A stretch of 63,826 nucleotides of DNA, filler included, from Choristocarpus tenellus KU-1152 (Eukaryota > Protista > Phaeophyceae): the NCBI GenBank assembly GCA_964200185.2. It is 13 parts of 13 records of this genome, joined end to end, with 100 filler letters (N's around TTAATTAATTAA, not from the genome) between each part and the next. Parts side by side here need not be neighbours in the genome. Positions count along the whole stretch, not along the records: positions 48,514 to 57,745 come from CAXNAD020003856.1; positions 57,846 to 61,038 come from CAXNAD020021644.1; positions 61,139 to 63,826 come from CAXNAD020025639.1; 10 more parts are not named here. The stretch is one strand, 5' to 3'. Positions 50,101-62,865 of this stretch are shown here, piece after piece. The position numbers were made by a program, and so were the translations under genes. Under the pieces are notes generated by a model that was not told the origin of the DNA, did no database searches, and worked only from the letters and a program-made list of their open reading frames with translations. Numbering within the stretch: the first letter of the stretch is position 1; each line of letters opens with the position of its first letter.

Positions 50101-51602
50101 TATCACACCTTCTTGGACTTCAAGATCATTACCATATTTCTCGATATGAATCATGACAAGAACAAGCCTGAGAATCAAAGATAACAGGAGGTGGAGGGAA
50201 AAGGGGGAGAACTCAAGCTGCTCTCACCTCTCGAGCTGAGGCAGGTTCCAGAGCCTTTGCCGCATTGCCCAGTTTGTCCTCCGGTCTTGCCGATCTATGA
50301 CAACACCACATACCATTAAATGATTGTCAGTGGAAGATGGGGAGGACTGAAAAAGGCCGAAAAGGGAGGACACCTTCTATACCAAAAAATATACGTTGAA
50401 TTGATCCCTCTGTCAATGTATGTTCTTCCACGTCAAGGTTACTCCGTTGGAGAGATGAAATGCCTACAACGCATAAGAATAGTTTGAAAATATACCATGT
50501 ATATATAACCTCTTCACCCTGCCTCTTGTGACATATCTTACGCCCAACTTCTGAGCGATTGGTAAAATCGACATGTCAATCTGGTTAACTCCTAGGCTCA
50601 GTCACACCCGAACATTACGGGACAACAATTGATCCAATAGCTCCAGATTGTAGGGAAAAAATGATTGCATCGTAGAGATCTCTACGCGTCTACAAATGGA
50701 GATGCAAAGTCAAGCACTTCGTACGCATCTTGCTCCTTCATTTCGGTGTTTGGCGTGCATACTTGGCTTCTACCAGCAAATAAATTCCTCATAAAAGACT
50801 AGAACATTTTTTTTCTCTCGTTCCACTCAGAGGTTATAATCCCTCGAGATGATTTCGTGTTGTGCGAGTGGCAATCGTGTGCCGTTTAACCACTATCTCC
50901 GTACTCGCTGTACCTCATTTACGCATGGCTTTGCTAATCCACCCTGATCAATTGTGTTGAGACGACATGTTCCCCGTACTGTAATTGCAGAGCCCCACCC
51001 CACATCTCTAGTGAGTGCAGTGTTTCGAATAACTTGACTGATCGCTGGGCAGGATGGTATGGTGATAATATATGCCTTTCGAGGGAAGCATTGCAACGAT
51101 TCAAGATAACAATGAAATGGAGTCTCACATCGCTGTACCCCCGACTAAACATCGATTTTGTACTTGGTAGGAAAGTGCCTTCTGTACTTGGCCGAGTGAT
51201 AAGACGAGTGCTTTTCTTTTACTTGTGAACAAATGCGTAACGTTGATGCTATTGATCATCCTATGCTGTGTATATTCGTGTCTTAACGAGAAAACACAAG
51301 GAGCAAATGAGGAAGAGGAACACAGTGTACGGGGGGTGGATTGAGAAGAATGGAAGATAGAAGTAGATACAATACAACAAGAGGGGTATGTAAAATAATC
51401 CAGGCGACTCTTCTCGTGCGCCTACAATTAGCTTCACCGGATTCTCGTAAAGGGACTCCCCATCTCCTGGAAAGGTATCAGTAGCAATAGAAGGAGGAGA
51501 GCCCAACTACCAAGTCTCCTTGTATTGTCCCACCCTCCTCTGCTGAGGTCATTAGAATATTTGGGACGGTCTTGAGTCGGTACCACGACGGGGAGAACCT
51601 AC

Positions 51603-51960
51603 CTTGGTGTTGACTGGTCGTAGGGGACAATCGCCCTGGAAGTGACCACATGATCGTAACTGCATGTAGATTTCTTGGTGGGAAATTCCAGCTCCTTGTA
51701 CATGACCTCGAAGATGTCCATGGCCCGTGGGAAGCGGGTGTCGTTGGTTCTCCTGTTGGTTTCGTGAGCCAAAGAGGACAGAGACGTTTGTGTGTAGGCT
51801 CAAGACCAAGGTGTGCGGCTTCCAGACAGAAGTTGTGTTCGAAGGATCAGGGTCGTTGTGGGGTGAAGTCTTACGTTCTCCGCCCATTAGCACCGAGTCT
51901 GAACTTCATCTCCCATATTTCTCGCACGCTAGATTTGGACTCAGCAATCTCAATCGTTTG
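51603..51960 (-). CDS. Candidate exons of an unidentified gene
   Basis: Exon ending at 51875 (GTAAGA donor) and exon 51752-51603 (CAG acceptor, GTAGGT donor) join in frame: EIAESKSSVREIWEMKFRLGANGRRT/RTNDTRFPRAMDIFEVMYKELEFPTKK. Confidence 0.4.
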
Positions 51961-51969
51961 ATGGTGGTG

Positions 51970-52008
<39 letters not shown>

Positions 52009-52088
52009 GTTTGAAGTATGTTATATGAAAAATGTCATAAAATTAGCCTTAGGGTTAGGGTTTATATGAAAAATGTCATAAAATTAGT

Positions 52089-55000
52089 TGTGATATATCT
52101 TTTAATGGATATGGTAGGATCATGCAACTTCAATCTATTGGGGTCTGATGTATTATACGTATAATATATTACTCTGTTAAACCAACTAATTCCAGTCCGT
52201 CCATCTGTCTCTTTGTTTCCACGTCACCATTTGTATTATTAGTAATACTGTCGTGAGGCAGGGTCCAATCAGTCGTGGGGGGTGTTCAGAATCACCAGTT
52301 GTGTCATGGTGGGGTGCTACCCAGCAAACCCAAAGCTCCGTCGGTTATCAAATCTTGGGAAAGGTTTTGATGGGATCTCAGATCCAATGGATGATATCAC
52401 ATCTTTGTGAATGTTCAACCGAAAGTGGTCTGAGGGTCCTCAACGTTTCTGTGTTTGACATTGGCGGGAAAGTCACCAATGACAAAGAAATGTTCGCGCA
52501 ATGCACTTGTGTGTGCGCGCGGATGTGTGCTTGGACTGAGATCAGCTCTCAAAGGGACCTGTCCGTCACATCACCCTCCCCCCCAGTGTGAGCTCTGTCT
52601 GCACACGAAAAAAAAAAGTGTCTGACAGTCCCGTGGGAGAAAAGAAAAAGAATCATCTGGGTATCCCAAGAATATTCCTGTAGCCAATTTGGAGGAGTTC
52701 CTTGAAAGGTTGTCCTCAACAGGGTTGGAACCCCAAAGTTTGGTCATAGTAAGACTATGGTAAAAAGGAAAAAATCACGAATCATTTGGGTATCCCAAGA
52801 ATGTTCCTGTAGCTAATTTGGAGGAGTTCCTTGAAAGAAGGTTGTCCTCAACAGGGTTGGAACCCCAAAGTTTGGTCATAGTAAGACTGGTAAAAAGGAA
52901 AAAATCACGAATCATTTGGGTATCCCATAAATTTTCATGTAGGCAATTTGGAGGAGTTCCTTGGAAGGTTGTCCTCAACAGGGTTGAAACCCCAAAGTTT
53001 GGTGATGGGAAATATCGTATTGTACCTTTAATTACCCAAGGGTGATGAAGATAACATCCCAGGAAATGTTGGTATCAAAGTGCGTGGGTCATTGTATTGA
53101 TCAAGCTACAATGCCTCAGCTAGTGTAAATGTGAAATGGAAACCGATGATTCCCTATTCTTGGTTGTGGGTTCGCTAGGCCACAACAGATGTCTCAAGAG
53201 GAACTGCACTGAGGCGGAGGGTTTTTTAAGAATTAGATCAGTGATTACCTTAGTGGATGGATCATTACCTTGAATTATTTCCTTGCGTCCCTGAAAGCAA
53301 AAGGTTAAATATCCTGTCTTTGTCAGGAAAGGATTTTCCACTTCCATTCTGAGGAATCGGTATACTGTCTAATCCTTTGATTTGAAAGTCAAAACTCAAC
53401 TTCTCACCTTCAAGTATTATTGTTATTAACCCTTATATTCGGAGTTCTGAAGTGATGAGGTCCAGTTTTCTTCCAGTTCCAATCTTTTGGACTATGTGGA
53501 GCAGAAACCGTGTGCCTGCCTACGAGGAACGCAGTCACCTCCCACTGGGTGAGCTCAAATCAAACTCGTATTTGCTAAAGGGGCAAGCCACTGTGAGGGA
53601 CGAGGGATCCCAACGATTTCCTGCTTAAGATAGATGATTGAAACCCATAACTAACCATCCCGAGTATTCACATCATTTACTCTTTTTGCGGGTATGATGA
53701 AAACAAATTTGGAGATGCAAAACGAGGTGCATGGGGATCTTCTTCCATTCTGACCACCCCATGTGTGTATGGACCCATCAAATTATCCATTTGAGTGTGG
53801 TTAAAAAAATATGTGTGCGCTTGTTAAGGAAAAACGTCAACAACTTAGCAGGTAAATCGTCCACGAGTTCGCCTTGAAAAAGGATTCAAACCTTCATCTC
53901 TACCTCGTTTAGTGGAATCTGATGTTGTATCAGGCCGGCAACCCACTTTGTGAGTAGTAGATGTAGCCGCAGGGACATCACCTTGAGGGATCGAAGCAAG
54001 AGCATGTTGAATGTTCTTGACAACAATAGCGGCAATTGATTGAGCCAGGTGTGTTTGTGAAGAGTGTGATGATTCTTCGGCTATTGTGGCAGAGGGTGGT
54101 GGAGAAGCTTGAAAGACTCTGGCATCGGTATACCTTGGTCACAGGGAGCTTTTGAAGACTTCAGCGTCAGTACACTTTGGTCAGGAGAAACATCCAGATT
54201 GTGTCGTGATCTGTATGCTTCAATCGTCTCTGCACAGTAAGGAATTTCCTTTGCTTTCCGCCAGATATCACTAGCCGGAGCAAACCTCTAAATCTAAGCC
54301 AGTATGAATAGTTATGTGGGGATTTACGACCCACTCCAGATTAATGGTCTGCAATGCCCTCAACAAAGTATGACCCTAAAGCCGGTTGAACGCTCGAACC
54401 TTGTTCTATATCTGGTTCAGGTATTGTTCTGCCCAGAAATAAAGAATTGAGAGAGTCAATGTCTGGTTCAGGAGGGTGGCCCTCTTTGTGTGGTTAAGTC
54501 GTGTTATATGCACAGTGATTTCTCGACGGTCAGTCTGCGTCTTCACACGGTAGACTACCGGAGTTATCCTCTCTTTTTCTTCATATGGTCCTCTCCACGG
54601 GGACAGTAACTTAGGGTTAGGAGCGTCTGCCGAAGTGTGGGGTTTGTGTAGCCACACCTTAGCGTCAACTTCATAAGTAGGAATGGTGTGTTCAGTGGCC
54701 TTGGACTCGTTGCGCAAAGCCATATCACCAATATTCTGTCTAGCCAGTTCATATGCCAGCTGTAAATTATCCACTGTTTACAGTACTCCTGGGTAGAAAT
54801 AGGCATGGCCTCTGGTTCTCCCAAAATGACATCGATTGGTAATGTGAGACGTCTCCCAAATATTAAATAAAAGGGTGTCTATTGTAGAGTGGTATTATAA
54901 GCGGTATTGTGAGCCAGTTGCACAAAAAGGCAATAATGACGCCCAATCTGATTGCTTCATATTGGAATACATAGCTAGCATGCCATGCATTGTCTTATGA

Positions 55001-57652
55001 ATTCTCTCAAGAATGATGTTGCCTTGAGGTCGATATGGTGTGGTTTTGTTTTCTTGTATCCATAGATCTTTTGAAGTTCTAGGATCAGTTTATTTTTAAA
55101 CTCCTGACCCTGGTCTGAGTGTAAGGTTTCTGGGGCGCCAAAAATAGGAAACACTCGTTCTGTTAATGCTTTTGCTACAGTTGCCTCTCGTTTGTTAGGA
55201 ATAGCACTGAGCAAAGCAAACCTCATTAAATGGTCGACAGCAGACAAGACATAAGTATTTTTCTCTGATTGAGTTTTGTACTTTACCAAATCAATTGCCA
55301 CTCTCTGAAATGGGCGTGTTACTGGTATATGCCCTGGAGGGCTTGATGGTTTAGAAGAGGTTATCTTGCGGCTTTGGCATGAATGACATGTTTCACACCA
55401 CGCTCGAACATCTTTATGTAAAGTGGGCCACCAAAAACGGTCACGAATTCGATCAAAAAACTGCTTGAATGCAAGGTGTCCTGAGACTTTATGATCATGT
55501 AGGGCATGAAGTATTAAACCTTGTATCTCAGTGGGTACCACTAATTGATCTCGGATTTATCATTCTTTCGAAGGTGATCGGGTAGATACGATTTGTATAA
55601 CATCTGTTTGCCTTCCATTTTTTGTGTGAAAAAGTAAGACATGGTACACATTGTTTCGTTTTTTGGTAAGAGAGCTTTTTCTGGATTAGCCAAATATTTG
55701 AAATAGTCTCCATATTAAGCTTGTTGAGATTTGAACAGTACTTCAGGATCCACTGTTGGGAAAACATTAATGGCGCTGGTGAATAGTTCCATATCATTTT
55801 GTACTCTGGTAATTTCACCTAGTTTATCCACATATAGATCATATATGCAGGGTAAACCTTGGGTGTGGAGACACCCGACTCTGTTTGGCCTATATTACGG
55901 AACAGTGGGGCTAGTGGAAGTGGTGTTTCATCCAACATAAATTCCTCCTACCGTGTCCGTGATAACATGTCCGGAATGTAGTGTAAAAGTCCCGGCTTAT
56001 CTAAAACTGTGAAGTCAAAGCATTGTAAGGCTAAGGCCCACCTGGTCAACATATTGGAAGTATCTTGCATTGTACGTAACCAACGTAATGCCGAATGATC
56101 ACTTAGAACTGCAAAGTGCTTTCCCCAAATATATGGGCGCCAATGTGTGATGGCAAGAATGACGGTCAGACGTTCTTTCTGAGTTGCTGAATATCGTCTT
56201 TGGATTGGCTTAAAAAGAGCACTATGGTAGGCTACAATTTGGAAACTATCGTCCTCATTTTTATGTGCCAAAAAAGCTCCCATGCCAACATCACTAGCGT
56301 CTACGTGAATATAGAATTATCGAGTAAAATCTGGAAAGCTTAACACTGGCCCCATAGTTAATAGACGTTTACACTAATTAAAAGAATTTTGCCGTGTTCG
56401 TCCCCGTAGTTGAGATAGACTTTTGTCTTTTCCAATCTTTTTCGTACTTTTCCTTGTAAGTGACACCAGTGGCTCGGTTATTCTAGCCAAATGGGGAATA
56501 TAGTTCCTAACAAAGTTCATGGAACCTAGAAAGGGTTGTAATTCTTTCACAGATTCAGGGGCTTTCACAGTGGTAATGGCCTGGATTCGATCTGGTGACA
56601 CAGCAATACCACTGGGGCTGACTTCATGTCCCAAAGAGTGAATTGATTTTGAGCCAAATTGAACTTTAGAGGGTTTGAGGGTTACTTGTACTTGCTGCAG
56701 TAACGACAATACGCTCTCAAGAAGTTGGATATGATGGTTCGACGTTGGGAAGGCTAGTACAATATCGTCAAGATAAATCAGTAAGCCCATGCTCGGTCCT
56801 AGAGTCGAGAATGTTTCTGACATGAGGCGTTGATATATCCATGGTGCATTAGCAATACCAAAGGGTAGCCTTTTGAATTCGTATTTTCCATCCGGTGTGA
56901 CAAAGGTAGTTTATTGGCGCTCGTTAGCGTCGGTGATGGGTAGTTGTCAGTAGGCTGACTGAACATGGAGACACGACAGGTATTTTGCTCCCCCTAGTGT
57001 ACCCAAACAATCTTCCATAGATGGTAACGGCCAGGAATTACGTAACAAATTTTTGTTCAATGAGTGCCTAAAGTCTACACAGAATCGAGGAGACTAATCA
57101 GGTTTTGTCACTATGGTTACTGGTGACGCCCAAGGACTTGAGGAGGGTTGAATTATTCCCTGATTTTCCATGTCTTCCATACAACTACGTATTGTTTCAC
57201 ATATTTTGATTGCAGTCCGATATGGTGGACGATTCACAGGGACTGTACCTGGTTTAAGTGGAAATTCAATACTGGTATTATTGCAACGGCCTAGTTCCTC
57301 AGAAGTGAGTAAAAATACAGGTCGATATTTGCGATAAGGTCAAATAGTTCTTCTTGTTCCTTATAAGATAATACTGTATCTACCAGGGCTTTTTTACCGA
57401 AAACTTCTTTTAACTCATCACGGGCTTGTTTAACCTCCTCTGGAGTGTTCAGAGTAGTCGCTATGGTATTGTTCTGTGCTTCGGAAAGGTTGTGAATTTG
57501 ATCCACTGGTGCTATGTGACCTACAACAAATCGAGGAGGTATCTCAACACCGTGGTTGGAAGGTTTGGCAATTTTGACTAGGCAAGATTCATCCTCTTCC
57601 CAAACAGTTAAAGACCGACTGACCATGATATCTTTCTATGGAGAGTGGTGAT
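52089..57652 (-). mobile_element. Decayed Ty3/Gypsy chromovirus-type LTR retrotransposon (5'-truncated)
   Basis: Minus strand: RT (PWASPV, RFCVD, LPFGIANAP, IYLDD ~56770), RNase H (HVDASD, YSATQKE, SDHSAL), integrase (H..SGH, FWWP, C..CQ, RPFQRVAIDL, HSDQGQEF, SPWRGPY), chromodomain ~54200-54390 (YFVEGIADH...YWLRFRG...DIWR), PPT GGGGGGGAGGGTGA at 52571-52584, 3' LTR TGTGA...TCACA at 52570-52089. Many stops and frameshifts. Confidence 0.92.
52650..53003. repeat. ~130-bp tandem repeat (about 2.7 copies) upstream of the Gypsy PPT
   Basis: Units at 52650, 52779 and 52909. Confidence 0.9.
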
Positions 57653-58014
57653 GACCCAAAGTATCTGGGAGGGGGGGGGGGGGGGGTCTAAAGCAGGAGA
57701 TGGGAAGAGACCCCGTTTGAACTCCATTCCCCTCGATACGTCGTTNNNNNNNNNNNNNNNNNNNNNNNNNNNNNNNNNNNNNNNNNNNNTTAATTAATTA
57801 ANNNNNNNNNNNNNNNNNNNNNNNNNNNNNNNNNNNNNNNNNNNNGGTGGGGGTGTGCAGGGGTTCTACACCAGGGTGTCCATTTGGGTCATAACCAGGA
57901 AAAGTGCACTTTTATTATCCATCCGAAGTATGCAACCAAATCACACAAAAATCGCGACATGAAAAAATTGACCCCAAATAGACAGCCGCCATCCCCCCTC
58001 AGATACTTCGAGCA
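57653..58014. mobile_element. Family A MITE pieces on both sides of a linker
   Basis: GACCCAAAGTATCT-polyG at 57653; body and right end (AGATACTTCGAGC) at 57846-58014. Confidence 0.8.
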
Positions 58015-58356
58015 TCACTTACTACTTATGTTCCCGTTGAGCAGAGCAGGATCGACCTGCAGGGCCATCATTCCCCATATCACACGTCCTGTCCAGTGTT
58101 GTCATAAACAACGGCCAGATCAGCACCAATTCTGTTCCAAAGTTTCTCTCACTTACATCTTGTGTTAACAAGAATCATCTGCTTCTTGTTGCTTACATCA
58201 CATGAGAAAATAGAGGGTGCTTGGAATAGATCATACGTACCTGCTACGAGATCATCATGTTACACACTGATAAACCACTCTCAAATTAAATTGGAAAATT
58301 TCATGGAACCTCAAATTTTCCTCTAATCAATGTCAATAAAACTACAACCAGTGCTA

Positions 58357-58639
58357 GAGTGAAAGTACCTTAGAGGGTACGAGCTTTGCGCTGTTTGTGT
58401 CCATTTTTTTTAATGACATCGTTTGGGGCTTGGCTCTGCGTGGGTTTTTGATGGCATTGGACCTGTACTCCAAAATGTTTTGGAGTAGGTAAAATGTATA
58501 CCACTATGAAAAGGTGTGTCCAGAACAAGGATATTGATATCTCCTAACAAACACGGTAGCAAAAATTACATCAAAATCACAACATTGGAATTTGGCCCCC
58601 AAATGGACGCGGATCTACCCTCTAAGATACTTTTGACTC
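58357..58639. mobile_element. MITE family B with small internal insertion
   Basis: GAGTGAAAGTACCTTAGAGGGTAC ... TACCCTCTAAGATACTTTTGACTC; no clear TSD. Confidence 0.9.
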
Positions 58640-59923
58640 ATGACACTACTTCAGTATTTGTACATGGGAAGAATCTGATGAAAAGATGAAAGTATACTTC
58701 GTGCTACCTATCCATGTACAATTGTTCTCACCAACAAACTCTCCCAAACTTGATTCTATCACCCCGCCACTGCCAAAACAGGGCCAGCATTCTCAAGTCC
58801 TTTTTCTGACTCTACTCCTATTCAAGAACTCCAAGATGTGTCCAATAAACCCAAGCATTACAATGTATCAAGTATTCACAAACTGTGAGTCATCAATACT
58901 CCTCCACACTAGAGTTATCACAATTGTGGGTGCAAGCACTATAGAGAGGAGACAGGTGAGCTGTACACAAGACATACATATTGAGATAATCATCTAGTAG
59001 AATCATGTAGTATTAACAAACTCAGCTCAATTGAAAGGAAGTATATGTGTGTATCTTACAAGAATAGTTAAAAGCGAATCCATGATGCAGCATGTATACA
59101 CGCCATGAACAAAAAATCTGATATGACAAAACCTGATATGACATAACCATATGACTGGAAGTTCTTGAACACTATCTCGACTACTCTTTGATTTGATATT
59201 AAATGAATCCCCCCACATTTGAATAATCTCAATTCATAGACTGACAAATTTGATACAATCATTGACCAGATAAAGATCGTTCCTTCAATGAAACGGAAAA
59301 TAGATGAGGGACAACCCTAACCCTGCCTTCTCACAAAGGCAATTCCACGAGGAACACCCCTTGATCCCCCGACACAATCCAAGACTGTGCCCTGATCCAA
59401 CTCATGTATGTACAGTAAGCAGGGAGATGGATGCAGCCATTGCAGTCACTAACCACACCGGGGGGGTGGGAAGGGGGGGCACTCAAGGCAAGGAAGGTGT
59501 TGCATCAAATGAGGGGAAAAAAAATGACCCTGACCCCACTTCATGAGGGTTAGGGTCATCATCCCAAGAAGAACAATACCCAACGGACACTTAATAATTA
59601 AAAAAAAAATTAGTATGTCGAACATAAACGAAATCCCCCACCCGTCCTCTCTATCACGTCAAGTCTCTCAGTAAATCTGTGATCTCCTCACTTATCGACC
59701 TGACCCAATCACAGCCCGCATCCCCCATGGAGCAAGCTGGAATCATTATTCACCTCGAAGACGTAATGCAGGGTTAGGGTTAGGGTTACAAAGATAGGCA
59801 GGGGCGACTGAACCACCTAGATAACCTAGAAAAAATGTTAACGTTAAAAAAAAACACAAGGTGGTGCTAATACACCACATAGATACATCCATCCCTCATC
59901 CAAAATAATAAAACAAAACCAGG

Positions 59924-60073
59924 TCAGCACTTCTTGTAGGTGGGTCCACATGCCACAGCTGTCAAAACATAGAGGAGAAGGAGGGAGCCAAGAGTAACAG
60001 CTAGATAAAAACGAACCCTGTGCCAGAATAAGTTATCCTTGAGACGCTTGGCTGTGTTCTCAAATCGAAACGC
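59924..60073 (-). CDS. VAMP7: VAMP7-type R-SNARE, last coding exon
   Basis: After a CAG acceptor: AFRFENTAKRLKDNLFWHRVRFYLAVTLGSLLLLYVLTAVACGPTYKKC*. This is the end of the synaptobrevin motif, the TM helix and the VAMP7/VAMP71 CG...C tail. Confidence 0.8.
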   Translation of the reverse strand, partial: AFRFENTAKRLKDNLFWHRVRFYLAVTLGSLLLLYVLTAVACGPTYKKC

Positions 60074-61470
60074 CTGCCCATACCACACAAAAATTGGAGG
60101 CAGGGGAGGTAGAGCGGGCGGGGGGAGGGGGGGTGCATAAGTGTCCACAGTGGGTAAGAGAAGAGAGTATAGCAAAAGGACAGCAAGGAGAGGTCTTTCA
60201 ACATCAAATGAGCCACCCCCCTCTGAAGGATTCCTGAAAATGAAGAATAGGTATGTTTAATTGAGTTACCCAGGACACTTAGGCTCAAAGCCATCAATTA
60301 CACATGTCTAGTCTATGTCTCTCTAGCTAGCCATCAACTTTTGGATGAGCCAGAGATAAGATGCTGAGTAAATGTGGAGAAGTATGACGTATATATCTGA
60401 TACATAACTCAGGGTGTAAGTTGAGTTAAACATCATCTCATGGGTTCTTTCCCAGATACAGCATATACTCCACTCAAAATAAACCACAACTCCATCTATG
60501 ACATGCCATCTATGACACAGAAATGATGGGACTTGACCCTCTCCATCCCTAGTCTTCAGGCAACAAGCAAACACGAACTGATAGCAGAGGATAATCGTCC
60601 AAGTCTAACAATAACCCTAAATTAAGAATATGCTTGAACTCTGGCGTCCAAGGTGACTGTCTAGGAGAGATTTTGACACGATACAGTTTCAATTGTGAAA
60701 GAGTAAGTTCAAATTGATATGATACAGTTCAAATTTAAAATTGTGTTCAGCAGAAAAAGAGATAAGATTGGTTTGATAGATGCTCTCGATATAGGAATAA
60801 ATTGATACAGGAATAATTTGATCAGATCACTGCTTTGAACACAATGACTAGCGTCCAATACGAAGTTGACCTGATTTGCCTTGAATAAGCCCAACATCAC
60901 AGCAGTGATTGCAATTCATAGTCCCGATAAACAGACACCCTCAAGAGTATGAAGTTTGGAGGGGGCAGGGGTGGGGCTGGGGGGGGTTGAGGGGAAGGGG
61001 GAAAAATGTCGTATAAAGTTTGTGAGGATATTTTTTGGNNNNNNNNNNNNNNNNNNNNNNNNNNNNNNNNNNNNNNNNNNNNTTAATTAATTAANNNNNN
61101 NNNNNNNNNNNNNNNNNNNNNNNNNNNNNNNNNNNNNNCCTAGGTACTTACTTTGAGTCACTATTTGCCCCCACGTCACTATCTCCAAGACAGACTCTTT
61201 ATAGGCTGAAGCTCAACACCATGTCTGTGACTCACTCAATCGCACATCGACCACGGCTAATCCTGGTTGCAATTACCGTATGAAATGTGGTATGGCACCC
61301 CTGCACCCCTGTTGACCTACAAATTTCTTCAACCTGGTTTTGCTGTCTCAGTAAGACCCGTAAGACTTTCCAAAAGGCTCAACGGTGTCTTTACCTGGGG
61401 CCGGGGATCAATCACCCCCATGATGTGTGCTGTGTTCTTACCCTAACCAGTGCCAGTGTTACTACGTGCA

Positions 61471-61642
61471 GACCCAAAGTATCTGGGGGGATCTACACCA
61501 GGGTGTTTATTTGGGCCATAACCAGGAAAAGTGAACTTACCTTATCCATCCAAAACATGAAACCAAATCAACCACAAATTGTGACATGAAAGAATTGGCC
61601 CCAAATGGACAGCCGCCACCCCCCCCCTAGATACTTTAAGCC
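61471..61642. mobile_element. MITE family A inside Copia
   Basis: GACCCAAAGTATCT ... AGATACTTTAAGCC; spacers 20/18 (homopolymer length changes). Confidence 0.9.
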
Positions 61643-62606
61643 ATAACCTGACCTGGCTGTCCACTAATGATCACAGCCTTGCCCCAATAGGAGAGGTTGC
61701 CCCTGCTTTGCGAAAGGGGGGAGGGGAGCTTGATGCAAACCCTCGTTCTGAGGACAAGGTTTCCTATCCCAAAGCTGGTGGCCGACCATTAGATGTGCAG
61801 TCTATTTGTTCATCTCGCTCCTCCACTTCATCCCTATCTGACGACTCTTCCTGTAGCGAGGGAAGTGAGGACAGGTTTGTTCTAGGTGAGAGGCCATCCT
61901 TGGTAACAAAGGATACGGTTTGACTCATTACCCTCCCCTTGGTGAAGGGAGCGTAAGCCAGATTGTCAAGGATTTGACTGTTGACCCTTTCTCCTGGTGA
62001 TGGGGAGGGAGGTCAGGATGGCATGAGTCTGTCCAGAGACACTACCCGAGATGGTGAAGGGAGTGTAGGGTATGTCTCACCTTCTGTTCACAGCACGTGC
62101 CTCAGGCAGGTGCTGACCCAACGGCTGCCCCTACTGCAGCTCGCCAGCTGGAAGACTTTCTTCCCAATCCAGTCAGTGAACCTTGCGTTGAGTTGTATAG
62201 GACTTGACAGGAAACGCGTGCCAGAGTTAAAGGGAGTGCAGGTGTTGGTAATGATGTCTTTTATTGCTAGTGTAGAGAGGAAACGTTTTGCTTATGCCCT
62301 GGCTGTACAGCCCACACTAGAGTCGGTGTTGATGTGTACCCTTCTTCATGGCCATATTTGTTTCTGAGCTGGGTCCAGTCCCACAGTCTTATGCTGAGGC
62401 TCAAAGTCTGAATACTGCCCAGTATGGGAAGAAGCTATGTCCAAGGAGTTGATTTTATTGGACACAGGTACCTTCAGTGTTGCAGATGTCCCCTCGGACG
62501 CAAGGCTATTGGTTCCAAGTGGGTGTTTAAATGGAAGGGTGAGGGTTTTGGGATGTTCAGTGGGGCTAAGGCTAGGCTAGTTGTTCAAGGTTTGGTCAGG
62601 AGTATT

Positions 62607-62865
62607 GAGTGAAAGTATCTTAGAGGGTACGAGTTTTGCCCTGTTTGTCCATTTGGGGCTTGGCTTCCCATGGGGTTTTTGTGATATTTCTCCTACTCCG
62701 AAATGTTTCGGAGTAGGTAATATGTATATGTTATGAAATGGTGTGTCCGGAACAAGGATACTGACCCTTCCTAACAAATACGACGGAAAAAATTATATGG
62801 AAATCGCAACATTGGATTTCGGCCCCCGAATGGACGCGGCCCTACCCTCTAAGATATTTTGACTC
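62607..62865. mobile_element. MITE family B inside Copia RT
   Basis: 26/16 spacers; perfect 4-bp TSD TATT. Removing the element and one TSD restores QEYCIDYFETSAPTP. Confidence 0.97.

Noticed and set aside
52650-53003. SKLATGIFLGYPDDS in the 130-bp repeat as a Copia post-integrase motif
   Set aside because: Lies within the Gypsy 3' region before its PPT, with no supporting Copia domains; resemblance is too short.
59771-59787. TTAGGG units (also ~213-226, 47581-47606, 52028-52041) as telomeres
   Set aside because: Only 2-3 units each, internal and dispersed.
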